Below, one piece after another: positions 11,316 to 23,244 of a stretch of DNA of 64,000 nucleotides. Source of the DNA: Marsupella aquatica (lineage: Eukaryota > Plantae > Marchantiophyta); assembly GCA_973895155.1 (NCBI GenBank), contig OZ316892.1, forward strand, positions 27,862,307 through 27,926,306, written 5' to 3'. The first letter of the stretch is position 1, and every line of letters starts with the position of its first letter. Below the pieces are notes generated by a model. That model ran no database searches, was not told the DNA's origin, and worked only from the letters and a program-made list of their open reading frames with translations. A program made the position numbers and the translations under genes.

Positions 11316-11899
11316 GACAGTGTTTTTTGTAATGATGAATTAACAATGTCTACAAGTAATCAGAATGGGGCAACACCTCAACTGCCTCTGCGTTCGACAG
11401 ACCTAAAGAATCTCACGTCTCCAGGCACCACACTTCAAAAAGAGTTTGATCCGCCCAGCAGCTCAACATCAACTCTGGTGAATAGAAGCAACATTGCCCA
11501 CATGTCAAAATTAACTTCATGGACTACATTAGAATTCCCCTACTACATTTGAAGCTAAATAAACTTCTGCACGACTAGAAATGGTTGAAGTCATGGATGG
11601 AAATGACACACCTAAAATTGAATACCAGCACAGGTCCCGTACTATACCTCAACTCAACATTTTAGCAGAGGTTGCAGCAGCATAAAGATAGCCAGGTGCT
11701 CCTCAACAGCCCCTTGCTTTGCCTGTACCCCTGCAACTACTTGAGGGTGAACTGAATCATTCAATAAGAACTATCCAGCAGCAAGTTCTGGTCAAAATTT
11801 CCCAACATGAACACACTTTCGCACAGAGATGTGTGACCTAGTCCTTACAAAATTGATAGCTAAGCAAAACAAGTTTCGATGTAGTGTCCAGAGCCTGGT

Positions 11900-14045
11900 C
11901 CAGACTAGTAAGCATGCAATTTTGGGACACAGTTGCCATAGAAACCCGCCCAGCTCAACCAAATTGTAGCACAACTCTGAACTCGATCGCAACCCACCTC
12001 GCAGCGCAAAGTACCAGGTCAAGTAATGTAGCTCAACGTAGCAACGTAGCTCAACAAGGGAAGCTCAGTCTCTCACCAATAGCTCTGAATCATAGCAGTT
12101 CAGCACCAGCCTCAATCGCAGCAACAATCCTCCAACAGCCTCAATCGCAACAGCAGTCCAAGAGCACTTGATTGCAGCAGCAGCGTAGCTCAGCTCCGGA
12201 CCAGATTGCAGGCAATGCAACTCACAGATTGCAACACAATGCAGCCCAGCTCAGGTCGCAGCCTAGTAACCAGATTGCAGCCCAACTCCCAACCCGATCG
12301 CAGCCCACCTTGTAGCCCACCTCGCAGCCCAACTGCAACTGATTGAAAGCACTTCATCTCAATCAGCAAAAAGTGAGAAGCACAAACAAAGCAAGAAACT
12401 TACTTCCTCTTGACTAAGCCTACGATTTGGAACATGACTTCAATCCATAGAAAGCCTGATTGTCAAAGCAAGAAATGAAGAGCACTCCCATACCAGAGTT
12501 GATAGAGCAACACTCCGTTTGAGCAAGCAGCGCAGCACTTGTAACCCTCACAGCGGAGCACTCTGACCCTAGCTTGCCTCCCTCACAGCGCAGCACTCAC
12601 CTCCTTCGTAGCGCAGCACTTCCCTTGATCATAGTGCAGCACTCACCTCTGTCGCCTCCCTCGTAGCGCCTCCCTCGCCTCCCTCACAACACAGCTTTGC
12701 CTCCCTTGTAGCGCCTCCCTTACAGCGTAGCTTTTGCCTCCCTCGTAGCGCCTCCCTTGTAGCGCCTCGCTCGCCTCCCTCACAGCACAACTTTCACCTC
12801 CCTCGCAATCCTCACAAAGCAATAGCTCTCGGCAGCAGTGCAGGAGTGGAACACTCAGCACTCACCATCCTCGGCTCCCTCGACTCCCTTGCAACAGCTC
12901 ATGGTGCTGCGCAACACTCGCTTTGGACCACACTCCCGTTAGCAGTGCAGGCAACACTCCCTTTGGAGTTTAAAAAAAATTACCGACATTGCTATATGGT
13001 CCACCAAGCTCCAGCCACCAAGCTCGGGAGCCTCTATCGATCGCTCCCAGCCTCCAGCTCGCGAGATCAGACAGCGAGCTTCCACCAAGCTCCAGCCACC
13101 AAGCTCCAGCCACCAAGCCAGCAGCCACCAAGCTCGTGAGCCTCTATCGATCGCTCCCAGCCTCCAGCTCCCAAGCCCAGCTCGCGAGATCAGACAGCGA
13201 GATCAAATTAGACGAGCAGCCCGATTCATAGCAGCCCACCTCGAAGCCCACCTCGCAGCCCCAACTCGCAACCACCTCGCAGCCCACCTTGCAGCCCATT
13301 ATCGATCAATAGAAACTATAGGTCAACATTGATCATAACCTACAACAGCCCGATTCATAGCACTTTGTCTGGATCAACACAAAGCAAGCAGTAAAAAACG
13401 AGCAGCACAAACCTGATCGCCAGCAACAGCTTTAGTAGCCCAAATCCATGCAGTAGCCCAGTGCTGCAAGCGCAGCTCAATGGAGCTCAGCGTAGTACGT
13501 GTAGCCCAGCTCAATGTGCACCTCAGCTCAATGCGCAGCCCAGCTCAATGCAGCCCAGCACAGCTCAGCTCTAGCTCGGATTGCAGCCCAGCTCAACCAG
13601 ATTGCAGCTCAACTCTAAACTCGATCGCAACCCACCTTGCAGCCCACTATCGATCAATAGAAATTGTAGCTCACATTGATCATAACCTACAGCAGCCCGA
13701 TTCATAGCACTTCGTCTTGATCAATACAAAGCAAGCAGCAAAAAGCAAGCAGCACAAACAAAAGAAAGGATGATTGTTGAAGCAAGCAAGATCGAGCACT
13801 CCCATACCTGAACTGAATAGAGCAGCAACTCTTTGAGCAAGCAGGCACGACTCCCGTTTGAGCAACCCTCACAGTGCAGCACCCCTGTGTGTGCAAGCAG
13901 CAATGGAGCACTTCGAGCGCACCTCCCGTTCAGGCCCCATTTCAGCAACCCTTGCAGCGCCGCGTACACTCCTATGTGTGCAAGCAGCAAGCACCAATGC
14001 AACACTCCCGTTAGCAGCGCAGCACTCCCGTTAGCAACTTAACAC
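11900..14045. repeat. Low-complexity gcagc/ctccc-rich repeat region inside the transposon
   Basis: Many internal duplications, e.g. cccagctcaacca...ctcgatcgcaacccacct at ~11950 and ~13586, and ccaccaagctccagccaccaagctc at ~13001 and ~13082. Confidence 0.8.
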
Positions 14046-14879
14046 TTCCCTTAGTTTGGACAAACAAGATGCTATGGAGGCATGCGAGGAACAAATTGGG
14101 CGCTAACCAGGGACATTCAAAATGGTCCCCCAAAAACCCTAAACATGGAGGCCGGGTACGAGTCGAAACCTGCCCCACTCTCGTACATACCCCATCCAAA
14201 ACTATTGCCATGTCTCAAATATGTAGACTACCCAATTGAGTACCCCCTAATTTGAAATGGGTGCCACATGTCCCAATCCGATGGTGACACGTGTATACCT
14301 TGTTTTCTCGTAAGATATTACCCTATCTTTCCTCAACCCATTCCGCGGACATTGAATCCCCCGCAAACAACCCTATCATTCTTTAAAGTGTATTTATGAT
14401 TATATTGACCCCTATTGTTCTTACACAAATCTTCTTAAGTCTTTCCTATAATCTAATAAAACGACCCTATACTTTCTCGCACGTGATGTGCCATTTTCGC
14501 GAAGTGAGACCCCTGAGTATAGCGCAACCGGTGGGAATTCTCTTAACTGCTCTTTGTTACTAATCTAGGTACAATAGGTTTGGTTTGGACAGGGTTAAAC
14601 CGGTGAGAGTGAGTTGAGATGCCCTGGGCTAGGTATGTTTGCACCCACACCAACAATCTATATTAAGGCATCTCAAACCTTGACGTTTGCGGAAAACTAC
14701 TTGGCCTGAAACTACCAGTTTCAGTCTCCCCTCCGAGCCTCTAACCTAATGGGTAGAGGCCCGAGGGCTTTGTCTGAATAAACGAAAAATAGATTAGCGA
14801 TACTAAGCTCGTGAGCAAATGACAGAGCTGCTCGGCAACTCTTCTTGTCAAGAGTGTCCGCCACTTACTTTCCGGGAAT

Positions 14880-15645
14880 CTACCTTTGACCACAACAGGA
14901 GGCAGAAAGAAGATATTTGAGTCTCTGTATTAGGCAACAAGGTGATGAGGCTGGGTATCACTGCCTTGTTTGGGCCACTAAGTGTTAGGAATTGACTTGA
15001 GTTCCCGACTTAGTTAGCTTGGCCTTACTAGGGTTAGTTAACCCTGGATTACATTAGGATAAGATATGCTTAGTTTAGGCCCACTCATCTTGGCCCCCTT
15101 GGGGGGTATAGGTTGGAGGGAGAGAACTCTCTCCCTCATTCTTCACATGTACTCTCATTTGTTATGGAGCTTTCAAGAGTTTCTCTACTCAGGGTGTTTC
15201 GTCGGTGTAGCGTCTGATTGAGTGAATCTCTCTCATGTTTCTGCATTGCTGTCTAGTCCGGAGCCGTCAGTATTTTACACTAAGACCATAGGTGTTTCCC
15301 ATTTGAAGGTTGCTTCTCACTTAGGTGGTAACCATTGAATGTTTATAGAATAGATCCATCTGGCATCAAGTGCAATCACTTCTTGAGATTTTGCTCCTTT
15401 GACTGCAACCCGAGGCAGAAAGAAGAGATTTGAGAGGCATCGTTTGGGTCACTGAGACCATAGGTGTTTCCCATCTGAAGGTTGCTTCTCACTTAGGTGG
15501 GTGTGGAGTGATAACCATAAACGCCTCGTTTGGGTCACTGAGACCATAGGTGTTTCTCACTTAGTGGGCCGTAGTGATAACCATAGACTGTTTAGAGAAA
15601 AAATTCCTCTGGCATCAAGTGTGAATCACTTTTGAGATTTTGCTC
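14880..15645. repeat. Locally duplicated unit gtttgggtcactgagaccataggtgtttc, interrupted by a solo LTR
   Basis: Unit at ~14968 (split by the LTR), ~15443 and ~15528. ggcagaaa.gaaga.atttgag also recurs. Confidence 0.7.
14983..15279 (+). mobile_element. Solo LTR, 297 bp
   Basis: TGTTAGG...TTTTACA ends with a perfect 5-bp TSD CTAAG (14978-14982 and 15280-15284). Confidence 0.85.
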
Positions 15646-16183
15646 CTAGACTTACCCATTGTGCTTGTGCTCTCACTGACCACGAAAATATTATCAACCA
15701 CTCGCCATAAATTGAAACCAAGACATCTTTTAGGTGTGACTTTACACTCCATCTAATGTCGAGTTCTACACAGATCCCTCTGCTTTTTCCACACTCGACA
15801 GCTGAAAGAGTGAATAACTTTGCACAAACTTGCATTCGATTAATGGGACTGAACTCGTCTTGAAGAAATCATACATTTAGAGCTGCTTCCGTCCACAGTT
15901 GTATTTGTTGGAAAAAAACGCACGACATTCGCTATGACGTTACAATAGTCGTTGCCTCTTGACAGCAAGATGCGACTATGATTGAAGATAAAGTTACAAA
16001 TGATTTCCGCAAAAGGGAAAGGGACCCCCCAACGAGATAAGAATAGTTGGGGCCAATAAATCTGTACAGATGACGTAACAGGTATCTCTCGGCAGTCAGC
16101 AGCTACCTGCAATAAATCGTAGGATGATGTCCTCCAAATCTACATCTACATCATGTTTCTGCCTGCTACACAACCAGTACTTG

Positions 16184-16302
16184 TCTCGGTTGATACTTCA
16201 GATCATTGTCGGAAAACAATGAAAAGTAGCAAAGCTTAAAGTCTCTCGGTTGATACTTCAGATCATTGTAGGAAAACAATGAAAAGTAGCAAAGCTTAAA
16301 GT
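16184..16302. repeat. 60-bp tandem duplication
   Basis: tctcggttgatacttcagatcattgt.ggaaaacaatgaaaagtagcaaagcttaaagt occurs twice with one mismatch. Confidence 0.9.
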
Positions 16303-17013
16303 GACTAACGGTGTCAATTGGCTACGATGCCAATTAGTGAAAGCCAACACATGATTAGATGGCTTTTGCAGGAGAGCCGCATTCTCCTCCCCAATCGGTC
16401 TAGACGGCGCTACCATCGCTCTACAACATTCCACAGCTGTGTTGACAATGAGCCCACAGTCGATAGCCCTGTCGCTTTGTAGAATAACAGATTATCCTCC
16501 TCATTCATATCATTCACCTAAAACTTCCACTGGGGACTGACCAAATGCAGCTCACGTGAATGCTGGTCACAGGTGGTAGGCGAAAGGCTACCACCTGGCT
16601 GATGCTCGTTCTCGTCAAACCCTTTGTATTGCCGAAAGATTCGTGAGGTGAAAGGGAGTTCACAGAACAAGGCCTGCCTGACGTGGCTGATCCCAATTTG
16701 TAGTATGTGTCCTCATGCGGTTTGGAGTCTGGGTCCGTACCCAGTCCCTCGCTTTCTTCAGGAATGACGCTCCTGCAATGCAATGTCATTTAAGCCTGTT
16801 AGCCATTTGCATTTAACCTGGATGGAAGTCAGAAATTTGACTGCAAATCGATTTCCTGCCCGTTACACACTAATCAAGCTATCGACTTCCCATTTACTTC
16901 AACCATTCGACAAACCTGTGGTGCTTGAATTAGAAAGAGAAATAAGAGGGACGACTCAGCATATGATGATGGAGATTAGAATTTCATAATTCTCTGAGCT
17001 TGCAGGTTAACAT

Positions 17014-20000
17014 TCAAATGCTAATTGTTCTATTCCTGTGTTGATTAAAGTTTTCCACATCCTTGCCAATTAACTTCTGAATTAAAGTCCCTCGTGAGAC
17101 GACGGATGAGGGAATGGAGAGGAGAGGTTGGAGTATTTGCTGACCTGTACGAATTCTTCCCGTGCTGAATGAGCGACGAACTCCAGAGGAACGGCTCTTC
17201 AAGTCTCCAGGGGTGGTAAAACTACCACCACCAGAAGGCCGAACATTGTCTTCTTCAACCTTCCTGCTTCTGCTTGTAGACAAGATAGGAGGGCCAACAA
17301 GTTCGTCGTCCCAGCCTGTGGCTACTACGTTCTCGTTTATCACAATTTTCTGAGGGGCAGGTTCCACGTTCTCCTTCTCATATCTGCAATACCCACCAGG
17401 AAGCGGAGGTGCACTCTCCTCAACCCACTTTCGGCATGACGACAACACCCCGATGATTCCCATTTCCTTCTCCCAGTCCAAACTCGTGTGGCACTTCAGT
17501 TGGCTGGCATTGCTACTTCTTGAGATGCTTCCCCTTGGAGCAATGTCTGGCGTCGTCCCCTTCGAGCCCTTGGAGTGCTTGAATGGGAACTGCTGTGCAT
17601 TACTATTTAGATCCTTCAACATTCTTAAAGAAAAATACGACGAAGATTCGGTTGAGGCAGCTGCAGGGCTACCTGAAGCGTGGCCGGTTGTTCTCTCTTT
17701 CGCCAGGGGTGCCACTACCTCTCGCTGATGAGATTTCCGCCCTGGTGGTAAGGGGAGCTCTTTTGATTGGGGAGCAGGTCTAGCACAAGAATTAGATTTA
17801 ATGACGGTCGATCGAGGCATCGGTGATGGCTTCCTCTTCCCTCTCGAGGGCAACCTTGAGATGAGAGATGGTAGAGACTTCCCGGGTGACAAATACGCCA
17901 ACTTCTGTCGAGTGGCATTCAGCCGTCTTGTGATGTCAGGCGAGATGGAGCGGCGACCCGCACTAACTGCCCGTCCAATTCGGTCCATGACCCTTCGAGT
18001 TGCTGATATTGAGCGAGGGGGTGACTTTGGCGGAGTACCAGCAACTGGCCGTTGCTGTTTCTCTGACGCAGGCCGTGCTCCACTAGGCGATGCTGGAGCG
18101 AATGCGGCATTGGAGAACAACACCGCCTTGCCTGATCTGGATCTAGTCAATTGCCAGGGCTTGTTGGGACCCTTGATCTCCGTGGCCTCCATGACGAATT
18201 TATGCCTCAGACTACCAATTAGAGGATGTGACCGGGCAGGTCGACAAGAATCCTTCACTGGTGTCTTCACCTGAGGAGTCGTGGGACCACTACAAGTTCT
18301 GGATTCTGGAATTGAGGAACTGAGGATGTTGAATCCTTCAAGGGCGGGTTCAAATAACTCATCCGGGGATGGATTGAACCTCTTAATTTCTGGACTTGCT
18401 GCCAAGGTAGCGCTCACTTGCTTGACATGTACTGGGCCTTCGGGTCGAGGGGATAGGACCAAAATCTCCACTGGCAATGCGGATGGGCAGGGATTGCACA
18501 TCTTAATTTCCGAAGTTGTTGCTGAGGAGGAGGGAGATCCTGGGGCACTTTCTACCTTGACATCAACCAACTCCTTGGCTCTGGATGAGAGGATCGAAGT
18601 GTCAGCTGGCAATGATGGTTGGCAAGTGCGCTTGACTGTCGATGTGGGAGCATCAGCTCTGGCGATTTCAGTGGAGTAGGTGGCCACCCTTGGTTCCATG
18701 CTCATATGGTGTAGTCCTTTGCTGCCCTGCATAATCGTGAAAGAAGGCTTGAGAGACCTACTGGATGTGCTGCTTAACTGAGGCTTCGCCACTAGCGTCC
18801 TAGGTGGAGATTTGGAGCTCCGAACTCGTCTCACTGTGTATGGCGCTTGCTTCTGAATGACTGGAACGACGACCTTCTTCGTTTCCGGACCTGGTGGTAC
18901 ACGAGGTTGAGACCTGCTATTAGTGACATCTTTGGCAGCCCAGCTGGCTACTTGGGGTTGATTTGACTTGCTGTTGGTGATCTCCTTGGCGGCCCACATA
19001 TCTACTTGAGGTTGCTCACGCTTGCTGTGGTTGATCTTCTCTTTGGCGGCCGTCAAATCTGCGAAACTTTGATTTGAATTGCTCTTCGTAGTATCTTTGG
19101 CTGCCCTCATGTTTGTTTGAAAATCATGAGACTTGACGTCGGTGATGTCTTTGGCTGCCCCAACATCTGCTAGAAATTGATGATGCTTTAAATTGGTGGT
19201 ATCCTGAGCGGCCCTCAGATCTGCTTGATTTTGGTGGGACTTGCTGTTGGTGATATCCTTAGCCACCCGAACATCTACTTGAGCTTGTCGAGACTTGCGG
19301 TTCGTGATATCTCTGGCTGACCACAAATCGTCCTGAGGTCTCGTTTCCTTCACTGCTGCACGAGGTGATCTGCGTGATTGCATTTTCTTCGCCGTGGATA
19401 ACGTCAATTCATTCTCATGTACCGGTCTTGAACGAACCGGGATCGGCTGTTTTGACTTGGGGTAGAGAACTTCCTTCCTGTTGCCAGCAGTAACGTGTTT
19501 CTTTGCAGGACCGTCGGACGATACTGCCAATCTGAACTTATGGAGGGGATCACCCTTCCTGATCTTTTGTTGCATTGCAGGATTCGTCATTGGGTTCGGC
19601 GATGTTGCGGTATCCTTGGTAGCCCTGCGACCCTTCTTCCCTTCATCCGAGCTGACATCGGATTGGATGATTGCTGCATTCACCATAGTTGTGATCTGCT
19701 TCGCAATCTGACTTGCCATGAGGATTTCTGAGATGACTTTGTGCACATCTCCTGCTGGAGATGACCAATGCTTCCATTCGCCTGAGCATCACAAGATCAG
19801 CAAGCAAGGTGTTACTTGTCCTGTCTCCACCTCAATCAACTAATTTCCCAATAGGAATCCCCGTGATCCAACTGACGAAGTGGTCCCTCAAAGCAAAAAG
19901 CGAAGGATGGGCGAAAACAGACAACACAAAACTCGTGCCAACAAAGTTCCTTCTTCCGAGACTCGTGATCCAACTGTCGGACTGCCACTCAAACACTACA

Positions 20001-20623
20001 CTAGTATCAACAAAGTTCCTCGTTCAGAGACACCTACCGTGAGGATCTAAAGGGTCCTTCTTGTCGTCGAAGACTTCAGTCCTGGAACGAGACAACCTCT
20101 TCATGTATCTTTCTGTAAGGACAACATTTTCAGATATTTAACTTCTCTACAATTTACCATCTGTGCATTATTTAGGAAATTCAAACCGCACAACGAGTAC
20201 AGAGAGATGTATCAATCACCTCGACGCTCCTGCTTGTATTTCCCAGAAAAGTCATCGGACCATCGTAGTACATCATGAATCCTGTGATTCAAGTGAAGAT
20301 TATCAGCACCCGCGAGAAAGTAGGAACGATGCAAAGCGCAACGCTTGATTATTTTACGTTCGGTACTTGCAGCTTGCAATTAGTACGAGAACATTCGTAA
20401 ATGTTCCAAGACGAGAGACATCGTTCACCAGTAGTGCGTACTGTCGAAATTTCGTCGAATACCTGATTTTGTCGCTTTCTTGGACCTTCGGGCTTCCATG
20501 AAGACAGCTCCTTGATCTACCAAAAGTCGGGCTGAGGCTAGCTGATGCTGTCGCCGATACATGTAGTTTGGGGACAGTCACCGTTCCTTGCAGGCTCTGC
20601 AATCGTGCTAGACACTTGTCAAT
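17014..20623 (-). CDS. TAN1: TANGLED1-like microtubule-binding division-plane protein (first coding exon upstream, unresolved)
   Basis: GT-AG exons 20623-20463, 20281-20220, 20112-20038 and 19781-17014 join in frame. IDKCLARLQSLQGTVT...LSP...KVQES and GEWKHWSSPAGDVHKVISEILMASQIAKQI match the TAN1 motifs VDKCMERLQELQYTI and [25 protein letters not shown]. Candidate ATGs at 21177 or 22433. Confidence 0.75.
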
Positions 20624-20657
20624 CTGCATCACATGGGAAGAGAATAATGTCACGAAA

Positions 20658-20903
20658 ACCCGGGGAAGGACCGTTGTCCGTTATAGTGGAAGAACATCTG
20701 CTAAAGCGGTTCTCCCTCTTGTGCATCCCTGGAGACCAGAGAACTTTAAAATCAATTCACTCAGTTAATCTCTCCCTGGAACCCGGGGAAGGTCCGTTGT
20801 CCGTTATAGTGGAAGAACATCTGCTAAAGCGGTTCTCCCTCTTGTGCATCCCTGGAGACCAGAGAACTTTAAAATCAATTCACTCAGTTAATCTCTCCCT
20901 GGA
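20658..20903. repeat. Recent 123-bp tandem duplication in a TAN1-like intron
   Basis: Two near-identical copies starting at 20658 and 20781. Confidence 0.95.
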
Positions 20904-22384
20904 TTTCCGGATCGTCGTTAATACTACTCAGAATAGCCTTGTGTGTACAGTCAAAAGACCCCATATATTCGCTCACTCCATTTCTCAAGCCGGTGACTTC
21001 GGAACAAACTTCCACGAAAGTAAAGGATGTTATCCCAGACCAGAGGAACCATACGGCTCTACTTATCCCCGAGCTAGTGAGTGAGGGGCTCTGCTGTAGA
21101 GAGACGATAGTTCCTTCTTTCCTTCTTTCTGTCCGCACGGACAATACCGGGTGACCCAGGGAGACAGAGGGTGCCATGATTATGGTGCCAAGACTAATAC
21201 GGCATACGCGAAAAAAAGCATTGCATTCCCTCCGGTACACCTAGGAGTAATTTTACGAGGCAGACATAAAATTCTTCTTGCTACAATTGTAGCTCTATAG
21301 ATCCTGTTAGGGAACTTCTTCGCAGAACTATATGACAACGCCCGATCATCAGTAGCTTTCACATTGTCTTTCAGAGACTTATAGGCCATGCTGGCAGGTC
21401 TGTCTGACATTTCTGTCCGTACTGTTTTGCTGAATCGATTGAAGCATTACGCTTTCACATATCTTTCAGCCAACACAAGGAGTTTGATCAAATATTTCAT
21501 AATATCAGGAGAAAAGTCCACAACAAATCCCATATCTTCTATAAGTGCTTGCAAATGTTACAGAGAATTCATTGATAGCTTTGATTGAAGAGATAAGCAG
21601 CACAGCACCGATATGGCATGAAGTTGACCCAAAGGCCACATTACGATTAGAGCGACCCACCCCACATACGTTGCATTCACTTCTTGGGACGGAAACCACG
21701 GCAAAAACAGTAACATGGTAAAAGCACCCATTTGCGTCATCAACTCTCAAGTGAGGCAGTCCTCGTTCTACTTGGACACCTCCACCAAAATCTCCAGAGA
21801 AATACACACGACCCGAAATCTACCTCTGAAGTTGCCACGGCGTGTCATAGTTTCTATGTCGAGGAAACTGTGTTATAGTCTTACAGAAACCAGTCGGGAA
21901 AACCATTTCTATGATGCAGTACGCACGACCCAACACACATTGCAGAGAGGTTGCAATAAATATATCTTTATGTCAGAAAAACCCTAGACTCCAACAGATG
22001 AAAACGCCACACATTCTAAATCAAGAATTATTGTCCCGCAGACAACAGGAAAGTTTCTCTTCTATGATCACTTCTAGTACAGTGGATACGAACACCGGAA
22101 ACCAGCTGAAATGGAAAAACAAGTCGGGGAACAGCACCCGACAGTCCTCGAATCTCTCAACGAGCACTCGCTCACCTGGGTTGAAGCGGCCCCGACGATC
22201 GTAGCTGAAACCGCGGCCATCTCCAACACCAGCTCCAACGAAATGATAACTGAGCCGCAACCCCTGCCCTGCTCCGCTCCGCTCTTCTTGGCCGAATGCA
22301 AGGCTTCCAGGCTCGGCTGATTCTCTTGCTACGACTGTGGCGTCCGCTAAACCTCAGCCCCAGCCAGTACATTACGCCGCTTAC

Positions 22385-22955
22385 CTCTCGTGCAGCTAAG
22401 CTCTTCTTTGAGTCCTCCTCTGTCGGTTTCCATCGTAAAAGGAACGGTGACAATTGCACAGGAACCTTGCTGCTAATTCTTACCGTTAGCCACAATTGCT
22501 GCTACCTCAGCGGTACATTGTATCGTATGTGCCTCTCCATGTTCGTGCCACCCTTCCTTCGAAATTTCCCACCGGAAGAGCCCGTGGAAAGCGCCTCTCC
22601 AGCAGCTTAGGGCTCCCCACAAACCTCTGTCCACAAGAGCACCATCAAATCAAGTCCATCGATAGCCCACCCAGCAGTGGGAGGAGCATCCAATTGACCC
22701 CGTTTTCGCAGCTCCAGGGCTCAACTCATACTGCTCCAACTTCGAAACCCGAGCTCCCCACTACAAAACGGAGCTCTCTACAGCTCGCTCCAGGTCTCAC
22801 AGTGCTCTAAACGTAACCCGAGCTCCACACTACAGAACTCAGCTCTAGAGCGAGCAGCACGAATCAATTCGGGAGTTTAACGGTCCACAACGGGAAGGTC
22901 GATGAGGATGCCGAAACGAAATCCCCGTACCGAGACACCGTGTGACAATTAAAGA
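22385..22955 (-). other. Inverted duplicate of the MED31 5' region and first codons, upstream of the TAN1-like gene
   Basis: The minus strand shares co-linear blocks with 51645-52105: taattgtcac...gtgtctcggtac, gggtcaattggatgct, atcgatggacttgat, gagccctaagctgctggag, ggcacgaac, attgtcaccgt and ttttacgATG..A..CGACAGAGGAGGACTCAA. Confidence 0.85.
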
Positions 22956-23244
22956 CTCGAGGGAAGCAGGAGAAGCTTGCGCTAATGCGCTCGCCTTGGG
23001 AATCGAGAATTATAAACGTAAACGGGGACAGCATCAGCATCCAGAGAGCGAGGAAGAGGGAGCCCCACCACCTACCGGTAGTTTTCCCAACGGGCAAAGG
23101 AGAGCAGAGCAGCAGCAGAGGAGAGGAGAGGAGCTGAGGAGAGGAGAGGAGAGGAGAGTTCAGACATGACTGTGTTTCGGTTTCGCTTCGGGAAAAGGCG
23201 ATTCGAGGGATTTTAGCGACACGAGTGCTGCGAAGGCGGGAATC

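Larger units (their letters stand above)
4163..14517 (-). mobile_element. Full-length (10,355 bp) P-superfamily-like TIR DNA transposon with PHD-finger cargo
   Basis: Left TIR CTCGGGGGTCTCACT (4163-4177) and right TIR AGTGAGACCCCTGAG (14503-14517) match at 14/15. A perfect 8-bp TSD TATAGCGC lies at 4155-4162 and 14518-14525. An internal DDE transposase is on the minus strand. Confidence 0.9.

Noticed and set aside
11884-14042. Short Ser/Gln/Ala-rich ORFs in the element's repeat region
   Set aside because: Products of low-complexity repeats, with no recognisable domain.
14231-14285. Second tRNA-like element near the right end (aattga..cccctaatt...ccaatccg)
   Set aside because: Only patchy similarity to 4636-4680, and the stems do not form.
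4154-14525. 9-bp TSD GTATAGCGC implying a Mutator element
   Set aside because: The extra G on the right is needed as the last TIR base (pairing with C4163). The TIRs are short and related MITEs show 8-bp TSDs.
3681-15279. Two related LTRs flanking the transposase region as one LTR retrotransposon
   Set aside because: They are in opposite orientation, the right copy has its own 5-bp TSD, and no gag/pol lies between them.
17162-19731. Plus-strand ORFs overlapping the TAN1-like exon (likewise 34160-34756 on the minus strand)
   Set aside because: Antisense shadows of real coding exons.
20545-21084. 179-aa plus-strand ORF with an internal 41-aa repeat
   Set aside because: Its length results from the 123-bp duplication in a TAN1-like intron, and it has no recognisable homology.
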